Assembly (NCBI GenBank): GCA_050230475.1
Contig: JBFLGF010000187.1
Location: forward strand, 1 to 56,239
DNA from: Ancylonema sp.
Taxonomy: Eukaryota
DNA: 56,239 nt
Reading direction: 5' to 3'
In this document: one piece after another, positions 29,149 through 41,942 of the stretch
Numbering within the stretch: position 1 is the first letter of the stretch
How the letters are laid out: each line of letters begins with the position of its first letter
The notes under the pieces: model-generated
The model's database searches: none
The model's input: the letters and a program-made list of their open reading frames with translations, nothing else
Told to the model about the DNA's origin: nothing
Program-made: the position numbers and the translations under genes

Positions 29149-32100
29149 TCATCGATACACTTTGAACCCTCCTTTGTTGATGAGGCAAGGAGCCTCCTCC
29201 TTCACTTTGCGAACCTTGACTGCCTTCGGTTGACATTCAGCGACCCACTCCCTGTCAGCAGGCAGAAGGGCACACAAAACAGAAAGGTGTGATCACTCAT
29301 ATCATTATTCTCATAAGAGGTTGGAATTCAATTAAAGGACTTCCTCTCTGCTGTCGCGGCACAGCAGGACAATAACACCCACCTGGACAGGAGTAACTGG
29401 AGGAGTTGGAAATGAGACTAGTGGCATGGTGGCATGTTGGCATGTTGGCATGTTGGTAGCACCACGGTGCGTCGTAGTGACACACCGTTGAGGTGAGGGG
29501 CTGAACTATTTGGCATTCTTACTTGCAAGCGTTGACGTACGCGTCCACTTTGTCGCCTGACTCCGACTTGAAGGTGTGCCAAATGCCGCAACCAGCGTCA
29601 GCTGGAGAAGAGGAGAACAAGGGGGGAAGAAGAAGCGGAGGTTGAGTAAGAGGAACAAGGACAAGGAGAATGGGTAACCTGATAACCGGATAACCGGGTA
29701 ACCGAATAATCGGGTGACCGGATTGCGTTCAAGGAACAGAGGAAGGATTGTTGGAGCTCTTGGGTTTGGTTCTCAAGTGTTTCCCTTTCCGTTAACAACA
29801 CTGGAGGGAAATGAGGATGCCTTCTGCTGTGTGCCTTTTCAGATCACACTTTTTGATTGACACAAGTTGATTAGAGTATGCAGTGCAAGATACCTGAGGT
29901 GAGGATACGGGAGCAGGAAGGAATTGAACAGGAAGAGGATGGGTATGTGTTCTTATAGAACACACATACAAAAGAGAGACAAACAAACGGAACGAAGATA
30001 TGAAAGCAAAAGGGGGATGGGAGGGACGCGATGGGGTACGATGAGGTGGGCGGGATGGACACGGCCGCCTCACTATTACACAACGACAGGCTCCCGTTTT
30101 GTGCCCCATGCAACCTCCAGAACTTCCTCCCCTTGGGGTCCACAAACACAGGAAGCAAACGAAGGCGCTCGCTGCTCTCCACAGGTTCCTCTGCACCACA
30201 AATTAAGAATGAGCCCAGGCATGAGCCCAGTAAGATCCAGGGCAAGGTGCGACAACGGAGCGTGCCCATACGACTGCTCCCCCACCCCCCTCCCCTCCTT
30301 GTGCTGACCTGTCATTCTGCTGTTGGCCAGAGCTGCCACCTTCTCATTGGCCGCGTTGAGCGCCACTCGTGCGTCCTCCGTCACCGCCTGCTGATGACGC
30401 AACGCGGTGGGGGTGACGTCGCTCTTCTTTTTCAGTGTGGCCATCCTCATGGCCCCCTCCTTCTTCTTCTCCTCGTGATGACGATCTTTGGCTTCCTTCG
30501 CCTGAAGACGGGGGAGGGGACGGGGGGGGAGAAATTCCGAGGGCGAACAATTTGGACACTAGAATTTTTGGGGTCGTTTGGAATCAGGTGATTGAGATCA
30601 GAGTTGGCCCCGCCCCGCATATTCCGCCCCGGCCGTATACATATCCGCCCAGGGCGGGGCCAACTATGATTGAGATCCCTTCTGCAGGGTGGGTGAATCC
30701 GTTTGCCACTACAAGTACTTCTGCCAATGCTTATGAGGTACGTGGGAGTGAAGTGAACTTTAAGTCTGGCCACATAGGCGCCAGATTTCGGTCCCCTCAA
30801 TCATCATGCCAGGCAATCGTGATCGAATCTCATCAAGAATCCGTACACAAACTGTTACACTTCCGAATCCGTACAAAAACCGTTGCACTTCCGAATCCGT
30901 ATAATTCGTAGACGGACGGAGTCCAGGAGCGGGTCCGATGATGAACCGGGCCCAGCCCCACCCCCACCCGTATCCCAACTGCATCCTTCCCACCGCTCTC
31001 CGGAGAGTTGCTGCCACCACGCGTCCTTCCTTCTCACCCTCCTCCTTGTCCGCAACCGCCTCCTCAATCTGACTGCGGAAGAAACTGGGAGGGGGGAGGG
31101 GGGGAGGAAGGAACAGACAAGGGCCAAAGGCATGCAGGGATGAGGAGGCTTCAGCTCCTTTGTCTGTCCTCCGTGTTCTGTACAACTCCAGGATTGCCGA
31201 CTACAACACGAGTTGACATGCTACTGTAGTAAGGGGTTGTCACCTCGTTGTAAGGGCATCGTGCAGCAGCATGACGATGAGATCGAGTTTCTCCTTGAGA
31301 CTGAGTGCGGTATAGCCCTCGGCTCCTCTCCTCAGCGCGCGGACCACACGTGCAACGTCGCTCACATCCTCCTCGCGAATCTCGCCCTCTCCATCCCCAT
31401 CCCCATCCCTAACCCCCTCCACATTCCCATTCCCCTCCCCCCTTCCTTCCTCCCCCTCCTCTCCATCACTTCCGTTGGTGCCATCGACTCCGGATCCAGA
31501 GTCAGGGGGGGACCCGTTGACTTCCGTTGACTTGTGTCTGCGCAGCCTTGTCCACCCTGGGGGGGGGTTGCTGTGGTGAACCAGGCACTCACTGAGCTGA
31601 GCCAGCCAGGAGTCTTTTCCGTTCATCAAAGGGCTCACTTCGCCACTGCAGAAGCAAAAAGAAAGGAGGGGGGGGGGGGAGAAAGGGAGAAAAAAAAACA
31701 AATAAAAAAAAATGTAGCATCAATGTAGCATCAGCAATAGCAGCGGTAAGGTTGGGATTGGTGGAGAGGGAGAAGAAGGGGAAGTGTCTGACGAGGCAGA
31801 ATCCAAATGAATTCCATGAGTTCCAGATTGGTGGTAGGGATTGTGAAGTAGATTCGGACATGGGACTCAGAATCGTTGCTTTCCTAAAAAACGCTGACGT
31901 TTGTTTCTGTTTATCACTCCATTTGAAGAAGAGGAGAACAGAGTACATTGATGGTTGGATCTGGACATCTACAGTCTCCAAATAGTTGCCAGTGCGACTT
32001 TGCTACCTGAATTTGCATGAGCGCGTTACCTTCGGATCATGTCATTCTTGATGATGGTGAGCAGTGCCACGTGGAGCTGCACAACAGCGGACTGCACGCC

Positions 32101-32813
32101 ACGTCGCACCATGCCCCCTCGAGAAAGCTCCTTTAAAATGCTTCTTGCCGTTCCGACCTTCATGTCATCCGGCTGCATGCATACAGGACAGACATAACTT
32201 TCAGCCCTCAGATCTCAGCTTATTCCAGGCGCACTTTCCTATTCTCAGCTCCATTACTTTTAATTGCGTTAATACAATGAAGGCAGTAGGAAATGACTGA
32301 CAACCGTTTCGCAGTAAGGATCCGTGATAAAGGTAGCCTTGGTGACGTGCACGTGATACTAATGTCATTCGCACTGTGTCGTTTCTGCTCCAGCAGCACC
32401 TGAATGGACCTCCCGCTCACGACACTCACCATCGTAAATGCAGCGAGGAACTGAGATATCTGAAGTGCCCCTTCAATGTGATGCTCCTCGAGGTCCACCC
32501 CTTCGACGGACTGGAGCTCTACGGAATCTGGTAGAAGGGATTCAACTTTTTGAAGCTTCTTCAGCTTCACTGCAGGCATTTTTTCGGGAGACGTAAGTTT
32601 TCTTTTCAGTTGGACTGGGACTCTATCTTCTACCACCTTCTCCTCTACATCCACACATTTTTGCTTGGATGCGGGTGAAATTGTGGATTGTCGGCGCCCA
32701 GATTTCGGTGATGAGTTTGGTTTGAAGGAATTTTTAGTTGGCGTGACTTGTCCCCGAGAGCTCGTCGCCTTCCTTCCAGCCATGTCTTTGTTTCCCTTCT
32801 CTGCTTTTTTCAT
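29149..32813 (-). CDS. DDT-WHIM1-WSD domain chromatin protein (ISWI-partner type), 8 exons
   Basis: Exons 32813-32430, 32172-32030, 31645-31244, 31072-30994, 30501-30309, 30190-30074, 29601-29523, 29251-29149, phase-compatible. DDT-like GALQISQFLAAF...VVQLHVALLTII. WHIM1-like GYTALSLKEKLDLIVMLLHDALTT. WSD-like RLLPVFVDPKGRKFWRL...GIWHTF. Confidence 0.8.
30599..30668. mobile_element. 70-bp miniature CATAG-type TIR element with a perfect 8-bp TSD, intronic
   Basis: CAGAGTTGGCCCCGCCC...GGGCGGGGCCAACTATG, flanked by ATTGAGAT at 30591-30598 and 30669-30676. Confidence 0.85.
30837..30901. repeat. 28-bp minisatellite (~2.3 copies), intronic
   Basis: GAATCCGTACA(C/A)AAAC(T/C)GTT(A/G)CACTTCC repeated. 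Confidence 0.8.
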
Positions 32814-35177
32814 GCGTGGAATATTACGCGCTTGCTTGACAGCACATTATGAGCAATCTCATTGACCACCTGCAAACAGGCAGAGACGAGAAAAAAGAAC
32901 AGAAAGTGTGCGACGGTGATTCGTAAGCTACCCTATGAAGGACTCATCTCATTGTCAAAGGCTTGACGAAAGAAGGGCTCCGCTCAATCCTGACAACTGA
33001 AAGCACAGTTGTCTCTTGTTTCGTGTTCGAAGTGAATTGGAGGGGCCGTCCTTCATCGAGAAGTAGTTTTGATCTCTTGAGAAAGCATGTGCGCTCTTGA
33101 TGTAGCAGTGGCACAGCACAGCACTTGGCAACCCCGAAGGTTCAAACACTGACTGCAATGATAAGGTCCTCAAAATCAAGATTTGAGCAGCCTGCTGCAT
33201 CTCTCCTAACCTCATCTGAGATCGCAAGGCTCCGTCTTCCTGTAAGAATTCGACCCGTAAACAACGTACCACCGCCCCTCTACATCACTTACCTGCAATG
33301 TCCACCACCGCTCTCGGATCTCTATCCATCCAGCCTTGTCGTTTACGCCCTCTTCCTATCTCCAGGATCTGCTAATTATCCTGATCTGCAATTTTCTCAG
33401 ATGCTCAAAGATGACAATTCGTAGTGTGCCAGACTCCAGGAGGGAGAATCGTGCTTCGTTCTGGGCGCCAGCTGCTGGTCAGAGGGAGGCCGAAAACTTC
33501 AGAAAATTGGCGGGAGGATGACGTCATGCATAGTTGGATATAAAGATGGCTTCGCCCCGCAAGTACCGGCCGCTTTTCGCCCCGAGCGAGATCGCCCCGG
33601 GAGTCCCGGGGTTGGATGTCCCCGCAGCGGACGGCAAGTGCGTTCAAAGTCTGTGGGTCATTGGGGCGCTCGCGTTTCGAGCGTGTACAGAGCGCGCTCG
33701 TTGCGCGAAACTTTCGAGCGGCTCGTGCCCCAGTACGGTTCAAACATCTGGATATGCCCGATCAGGGCGGATTCGGGGCAAGATGGGGTTTGTTGGAGCA
33801 GAGCGGGGCCAACAAGCGAAAAACCGAAAAGACCAAGTGCTATACTCAATATATTCTCGTTGTATAGTCTCTAACCCAAGAAATGTGGTTTCAATGGTAT
33901 GGGATCGAAATTGACCGCCGAACAATTGCCAAATCATAGAGAGAAAAAAATCGATTGTCTTTCTTATGTTCCTAGAGAGGTGCACCTTGCGTTTTCCAGA
34001 TGTGATCCAACACTAGAACGTAGTGGGCACCGTAAATTCTTTGTGTTTTTTCAGGACGAATTAATTTGTTTGTGATTCGAAAATATGATTAAGGGATTCC
34101 GGTAGTTATTGTTGATGATTTTTGGCAACGATTCCGGGAAACCTCCATACAAGATTCCAAAAAACAAAAAACGGAAGTAATATCAATATTTTTTGTTGAA
34201 TGATACTACCTTCCAGGTAATCAAAATGAGTCATTTCGTGTCTTAGTAATCAATTAAAACTCGATTTCGGTGCATAGTACGGTGTACTCATCTGATTTGG
34301 CCTAAATATGTACACATGTACGTGTCTAGGAAATGAAGGAGCACATTTGAAAAACCGAAGTAACTTCATGGTCTCATCTGACGCAGATTCTTGGGCGGAC
34401 ATTTTGGGCGGGACTTGCGTTGCAGGTGTTGTCATGTTGTACACTAAGCAGACCTCGATATGTGAAAACATCGTTATGTTGTGATCCCTCACATGTTCCG
34501 TACGTGTTCGCATCCGAGCGCATGATCCAAGGCCAGTACCTTAGTGGGCTTACTATACTATTGAACTTCCGGTTCAGTGAAACTAGGGACAACATCAGAC
34601 TAGATCATAATTTCATGACTGTCTCAGGTGATGATATAATGCATTTTTAGTAAGAACAAAGGCGTTTTGAATAAGAACCCGGCTACAAAAGAAAATTGTC
34701 CTTCGTTTCCATTATCTTCACCACTTAAAAAGAGTACACGGAGCCCACTTCGGCTAATTTTTTGTTGACAATCTTTTGACCAAGCACAAGTATAATTTAG
34801 GCATTAGTAGATGCGCAATGAAGAATACAATTCTTTCCAAGACTTCTTACTTTCAACCAAACAACCACACAACCCAAAAATAAAAAGGGAATCGTTCATT
34901 TGTCTTATTAACTGCACGTCTCTCTCCTCAATTCATTTTTTTTTTACAACCCTTCTCACTTCCTCCCATTTTCGACTCCCAAACATTCCTTGGTCAGATG
35001 GGCAAAAACACGTAGACATTTGTTGCATGGCGGAATCCTACCGTTTTCCACCAAATAATCTTCCCATTGATGTACATCATTGAACATCAATCTTTGCCTT
35101 CGACGTATTGCATTAACGAGGCAACACCATGAAGTCGATTTAATGGCACCTGGATTCACAAATCAATGATTGTAATC

Positions 35178-38100
35178 CTATCTCCTAAACGCTTTCACAT
35201 CTCCTCCCCCACCACCCCCTTCTCTAAAATGGGACATCCTTCGCACACTTTCTTCAATCGACGCACTTCCTCCGCTACCCGTTCCGTAGACGGCCTTGTT
35301 GGCGTCCTGCAAATAGCAACAAGCAACACGGAACATAAGAAGAATCAGGTCCATTGCTCTTTACGCCATCTAGGTCTGTTATTCCCAAACATTCATCTCC
35401 AAGTTGGTCCAAAAAATAACAACAAATCAACTTCAAATGATTTGCTTCGCTCCTTCTGCTTTCCACTCCGTTGTTATCACAACCACCTCAAATCATTCCC
35501 CGACTCTGAACCAAAGCCAGTCATTTACGGATTCACTCTCTCAAACTTCTTCAGCAACAACTGTGAGTCCATCCCAAATTTTCAAGCGGTCATCGTTTCT
35601 AGGGCAGAAGCTGATTCCGCTCACAAAATCGACTCCCTAATGTCCTTCTCTTTGGACTTCCATATCCTCTTCCCTTCCCCCCCCCCCCCTCACCTCCACA
35701 AAATTCCTCCCTCCACTTCGTTCATCTTTCTTTTCCTCCTTCTTCTCCTTCTCATCTGCTCTCTTCACCCTCTGCCACCTCGCGTCCTCGTTCACTTCAG
35801 CATCCGCCAGCATTTCCGCCAGCCGTTTTGCCTTCTCCCCCTCCGACAGTTTCCCTGCCTCATGCTTTACACGGGGCGGGGGCGGAGGCATGCCCGTCCC
35901 ATTCTTTGATACCCTGGTCTCCCCCAGCAGAGACCCCCCTGGTAGCAATTTCCGAGAACTTTCCACCACCCCTCCCCTGGGTAGATACAGGCCGTACTTG
36001 GTGTCTTCTTCCCCCCCACTTGATCTATCCCCGCCCTGCCGCCCTTCATCCCCTGAGCTATCATGCTTCCCCTGTCCCCTCCCCCCTTCCTCCTCTATTT
36101 TCAACCCAACCCCATTGTGCTTGTCCACAACACCACCAACTGGCACCTTCCTGGTACATTCCTGTTCCTCCTCGTCCGAACTGTCATGCCTCTTCCGACT
36201 CTCTCGATCTCCCTCCCTCTCCCTCCTCCCCACCCTTCCCTCTTCCCTGTCCGCCCCTCCATGTCTGTGCCTCAAGTCCGCTTGCTTGTCCAGATCCTCT
36301 GAATCGGAGCTATCATGTCTCCTAGACCCTGCTCTCCTTTCTTCTCCACCCCTCCTCACCTCTGCCCCCCTTTCCCTCCCCCCCTCCCCCTCCATTCTAT
36401 CTTCTCCACGTCTAGAATACTCTCTCTGTCCTCCCATTTCCTCCTCCTTCATCTCCCCCCCTCTACTTCCTCCCACCCCCACCCCCGACCCCCCCGCCTT
36501 CCAACCCCTACCCCCATCCCTTCCTAGGGGTGACCTCCTATCGCCGTTCCATCGCCCCCCCCTACTCTCCCCCCTCCCCCTCTCCTCCTCCCCCCCTCCC
36601 ACCTCTCTATGTCCCCCTCGACCATAACGTTCCTCCTCCCCCCTCGCTCCCCTAGAATCCCTCTCCCCTCTTTCATACTCCCCATTCCTGTCACCCCCAC
36701 CTTCCCTATTAACCCTTCTGAACCCATCCGCCTCCCCAACCCCCCCTCTTCTTCCCCCAACCTCGTCACGCCTCCCTGCCCGCTCATACTCTCTGTCCCC
36801 ATTCGTGATCCGACCCACTCCCCTGTCGTCCTCTCGCTTGTCTCCGCTCCTCCCCCGCTCCTGCGAGTCATCGCTGACAGAATCACTCCCTCCGTCCCTC
36901 ATGTCCTTCGTCACCGCCCGCTTCGATTCCTTCTTCCTCTTCCTCTCCGCTTTCCTCTCCTCCTTCCTCTTTCGCTTCTCCTCCCGCCTTTTCTCCTTCA
37001 CCAGGTCTGTCTGGAGAAGCAGTCAACCGCAGAGGCAACATGAAGTGTCAAATTCCGCCGGATCCCCAATCCAGAAAACAGCACATGAAGAACAGCCTCG
37101 GTATGATCCCTTATCCTCCCCACCAGAAAAGATGGAGCGACACCAGAAGAGCAACTAATCGCTACTCTGCCTAGCAGGTAATATAAACCCTGACACAAAT
37201 CCTGAACCCTGAAGTACCCCCCCCCTCCACCTTTCGCCACTAGCCTGCCAAGTCTAAGTTCTTTTTCACCTTAACCCTGTGATAAGAACCTCCCAAACTT
37301 GCCACCTCACCCACCCTCCCGTCTGCACCTCTTTCCGTATGGCCAACATTTTGACTGGGTTGTTTCGGATGGCGGATCGCGCAGCCAGCTCCTGCTGCTT
37401 GATTTGGAGGAGGGGGTCCGAGTGAAGTTTTCGCCAGACCTCATTGGCGGAGGGGGGAGGGGGCTCGTCAGAGGGGGGGGGGTTGAAGACGGCATTCGTG
37501 TTGGCAGTGAGCTGCGGAACCGAAATCGGTACATTAGTTGGTTGGAATGGTCGGACAGTTGGTCAGGGTTAGGGTTTGACACATCTGGTGAGCGTGAATT
37601 ATGATCGGAATTTGTTGGTACGATCCGAACACACCACTATACAAAGAAAGTTTGGAGTCAAAACCCGAAACAGTGGGAACAGTACAGCCACCCTTTTATA
37701 TAACACGATAGTTGCCAGAATTTGTTGTGTCATTGCATCCAGGCTTGACCATTCTGCAGAGACTAGAGATATCTGCGATGCTATGTATGCAAATGAACTC
37801 CAGAACACAAGACGAAGGGAACATCTGGGAACATGTATTGAGTCAAACCCCTATTAAAAAAGGTGAAACCAGTAGTAGACTGTAGATAGTGTTTATATCT
37901 GACAGCTGACAGTCCTTACTTAGTCGGTCCCGGAGTCCTATCCCTAACCTCCCAACCTCTCCAACCTCCCCAGCTCCCGAACCTCCCAATATCCCCAACC
38001 AACCTTGGTAAAATCTGAGTCCGCTTTATCCTCTTCTAAGGGCTTTCCCAACAGATAGTCGTCCGCTGTGCCTTTGCCCGTTGCCAGTCCCGAGTCATAC

Positions 38101-38686
38101 AGAAACTCCAGCCTCTCTTGCCTCCTGGAAATTGGCAAGCAGACTTCCCAGTAAACAACAAGTTCTATAAACATCTTCCACTGACGACTTCAGGTGAGCA
38201 ACAGGACCGACTTCAGATTTACAGATGAGCGTGCGGTACCTGCTCCAAAGGCTACAAAACTAGCTGTATATCTAAACAGGGCAGAGCTGAAGCCCGCACC
38301 CGACGCTGACTATTACAGGGAAGAAATTAGAGCATTTCCTTTCGCGGATGGCATACGATCCCACCCATCAACTGATAAATTAATGAGGAAAGAATACAAG
38401 ACATCCAACGAGACCATTGAGCAGCATGACTTAGGTTACTTTGTCGTCACCATACACAGCACACACTGCACCAGCATTTAACAAACCAAACAGCTTACGG
38501 AACAAGACCAGCCTGCTCTTGCAGTTGACGGAACTCCGCCACCTGGCGCTCCTCAGCGTACTGCTTCCGGATCTCATCTAGCTTCTTCGCTTCCTCTTCG
38601 TGCTTCTGCTCCGCTTTCCAGACCCGCTCCTGATTCTTTATTGTACCAGTATGCCATCCCTTTTTGTTCAAAAATTTCATCCCCAT
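35178..38686 (-). CDS. CWC25: Pre-mRNA splicing factor CWC25, 5 exons
   Basis: Exons 38686-38499, 38124-38004, 37511-37329, 37010-35694, 35306-35178. Motifs MKFLNKKGWHTG..NQERVWKAEQ, RQERLEFLY, WRKLHSDPLLQIKQQE, NNPVKM, KLSEGEKAKRLAEM and C-terminal SIEESVRR...AFRR*. Confidence 0.93.
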
Positions 38687-39390
38687 TTTGAAAAACTTTT
38701 TTTATACCAACCCGGAGTGGGTGGGAAGTGTCTGTATCGTGTAACCTTCAAAGGAAGTGTAACCTTCAAAGGAAGCGGCAAGGATTACTGCGATGGTGTC
38801 GCACCCTGACTGATGTGACCACAATTAAAGGGTTGGCTCAGACATGAGACCTGCGTGCCCGTGGGCAAAACTTTCCTGCTAAACTCCAGACGGTTGATGT
38901 CGTCGCAACTGGTTCCTCCGATAAGCCTCAAAGCTTCAGAGCCGTGTTTGGTGAGCGGACGGGAAACAAGGGCGGTAACTGACAACAGCACGCCACATAA
39001 TGCGCTCCGACCGTTTTCTTTCGGAGGGGCAAAATCCGGGGGCGGTTTGTTGGGAAAAGCAAGACGGCGCGGGATGAACATTTGAATTTCCGTGGAACGC
39101 GGAGACGGCTTGAACTGGACTTCTGACAAGGCCAAACTTGTTCTGTTCCCAGAGGCGCGCTCTCTGCTCTTCATCTGCTGCCATCGAGATGGTCGAGCCC
39201 ACCAAGTGATTAAATGTAGAAATGGACACATGTAGGCTTCAAAAAATTAATGAAGGGGAAGTTCCTGGGCGATACATGCTGCTGCGTCCGTGCGGGCGTA
39301 TGTGCGCGCATTTATTGAATTCTCGCATTCCAATAGAGCTCTTAGGATGTAAGTGTACATAATCAGTTCGAAAATTTACGAGTCTTTCAG

Positions 39391-41942
39391 ATGACTGATC
39401 AAAGAAAATCTCCCATCAGTGTCTTATTTAATGAGCATCGTAATCTCGCTGGACTGCCAATGAAAACCTCCTGGTTGCTGCAGCTGGCGGGCCCTGCAGC
39501 GCTTCTGCTACTGCTCATGTTCTATTCCTTCAACGGCTATCTGAAAGAATTTATCAACACGGCTGTGACATCCGTTCAAAGCAGCCCCGCTTGTCCAGAA
39601 CTGAATACGACTGCCGTCGCACTTCCAGAACCGAATGGCGTCAAGACATCTGAAGAACCTCAAAAAACGGTCCCTGTCGATATAACTCAGCGCACGACCT
39701 CGGATGACACACCTGAACCGGATCTGCAGCGCTTCGTGTACATATACGATTTGGGCCCCAAATATACCGCGAAAGTTCTGGAGTTGAATCCGCCCTGGTA
39801 TAACTATCAATATGACGGCGATAAATTTATCACTCAAGTGCTCATGGAAAGTGATGCCATCCGGACTATGGACCCGGACAATGCGACCCTTTTCTTTGTG
39901 CCCTTTTACGCCGCGCGATTCACGTTGGTCCACTTCAACCACATCGAGAACAACATGCCACATGCGGTAAACATGACCTCTATGGTGAGTTGCCCCTGCC
40001 CGCTGCCCAGAATGATGAGGGCACAGACCCTTCTCGCTCGCAGTAACAAGTCAGAAAGAAAGTAAAAGTTTGAAATACGCTTCAGTTAAACAGTGCGTTG
40101 TAAAGACTGCACAGCTTCCCACGATTCCTGCTTTTCACGTACAACATCTCATGCGTATGCACAAACGTCCTTGACTGCTGCATGTCTGTCGAGCATTCGT
40201 TTTTTTTTTTGTTTGTTTTTTTGTTTGTTTTTTTTTTCTTTTCTTGTGTTTCGCCTGTTTCTATCAAATCAAGCACCAGCAGACTGCTTCCCACTAAACT
40301 TTCGCCACCCTTCCAGTCCTCACATTTGCGTCATGAAGGGGAAGGCAGGTTCAATGATGCTCTGAGCCAATAAGGTCCATTCTCAGTTCCCCCCTGATCC
40401 CAACGATCAACGACCCTCCTCCACCCCCCAACTCCCGTCTCCCCCCCAGGAATGGCGCGAGATTCTAACCCGGGTTCGCACTGACTTCCTGTACTTCAAT
40501 CGCACCAACGGTCGGGACCACTTTTCCGTTCTCACCATGGACCACGGCCGCTGCAGCTCCTTCACCTTCCTCCCCCCCTCCCTCTACGGCGACATGTTCT
40601 TCCTCCAAATCAATGGCGACAGATTGGTGCGCAGCAACGACGTATGCGGGGGGCGCAACATTCAGGTCTGCACCAAGAGCAGGCTGGGGAGGGGTTTGGG
40701 TTGGTGGTTGGGAGTTGGGGCTGGTTCTTACCATTTGGGGCTGGTTCTGACCTTGTAAACCAGGATACCAGTTTCGGTTCCAGAGATCAAGGCTCCTTAT
40801 TCTGCCAATTTTTCCCTTTCTGCCCTTTTTGCCCTATTTTTTCCCCAGACTCTAGGATTCAACTACGGGCGGCCGGCCTCTCCGGACTTCCCCTCCATCC
40901 CGTGCTACCTGGCAGAAAGGGACATTGTCATCCCCCCCTGCGTCGCAGTTCAAGAAGGAGATGTGCCCCCAGAGGGCAAAAACATAACGGCGTTGCTCCG
41001 GTTCAGCCCTCTCGCGCATCTCCAAATGTTTCATCACAACCACTGGATACGGAAGGAGATATGGGAGGTGAGATGTGCCACCTGGCACCTCGTCATTGGT
41101 CCCGTCCTTATCCGATTTTGCTTCGTGTGGAAGAATGACTTGGGAGGCTCTATGTGGTTGGGGTGTAGTTGTTCGAAAACAAGAACATTCCCGGGGGGCA
41201 GTTTGGAGAGAAGTGGCCGTGGGAGACGGTTGCGGAATGGCGCATGGCAAATTTCGTAGTCGCCCCTCCCGGCCACTCCCAATGGACCAGTCGCCCCTCA
41301 AAAGCCCTCCTCTCCACTACCATCCCCGTCACGTTCACACGCTCCCATGACGAGGCGTGGGAAGACGAAATCGAGTACGAGGACATTCGGGTGAACATCG
41401 ATCCAGATGATGTGTCGAGCTTGCAAGAAAAGTTGGAGGAGGTGATGGGGGAAGAGGGGCGGATGGAAAGTATGCAACGGGCAATCGTCTCGATCAAGGT
41501 AGGGGGGGTGGATGTACGGTCTTGAATGAGACGCTTTGATGGGGAGCAAAATATATGTAGATTGTGGGTCAGAGGGGAACAAAGCTTCTTGTTTATGAGT
41601 CATTGTCTGTGCTGACTCATCATCCAAGCTCACCTCGGCGACCTTGGGGTTGATGGATGACTTCAGAACAAGTTTTTATGGACCGGGCGCCTCGAGGGTG
41701 GCGTAGAGGCGGAGATCGTGACACGGTTGCGAAGTCGAGCGCAACTCTTGGAAACAAGAAAACAAAGGAGAACGGTCACGAAAACAGAGGGCAGGAAACG
41801 AAAGGGCAGAAGAGGTAAGAAGCGGAGAAAGAAGAGAAAGACCGAGGGGGGAGAGAATAAGCCAGCTGATTCCACTGAGCAAGAGAAAGTCGCGGGTTCT
41901 GTTGTAGATGCTAACCCTCCCATAGAGGAGCCGACAGTGTGA
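39391..41942 (+). CDS. Exostosin / glycosyltransferase family 47 protein, 5 exons
   Basis: Exons 39391(or 39460)-39984, 40450-40641, 40849-41067, 41169-41498, 41667-41942. N-terminal TM anchor. Motifs VYIYDL, RTMDPDNATLFFVPFY, FNRTNGRDHF..TMDHG, RDIVIPP and APPGHSQWTSR. Confidence 0.9.

Noticed and set aside
35166..37158. Long Pro/Ser/Leu-rich ORFs on the + strand
   Set aside because: Antisense shadows of the purine-rich, low-complexity CWC25 exon 4.
38739..38777. 18-bp tandem duplication upstream of CWC25
   Set aside because: Simple local duplication with no evidence of function.
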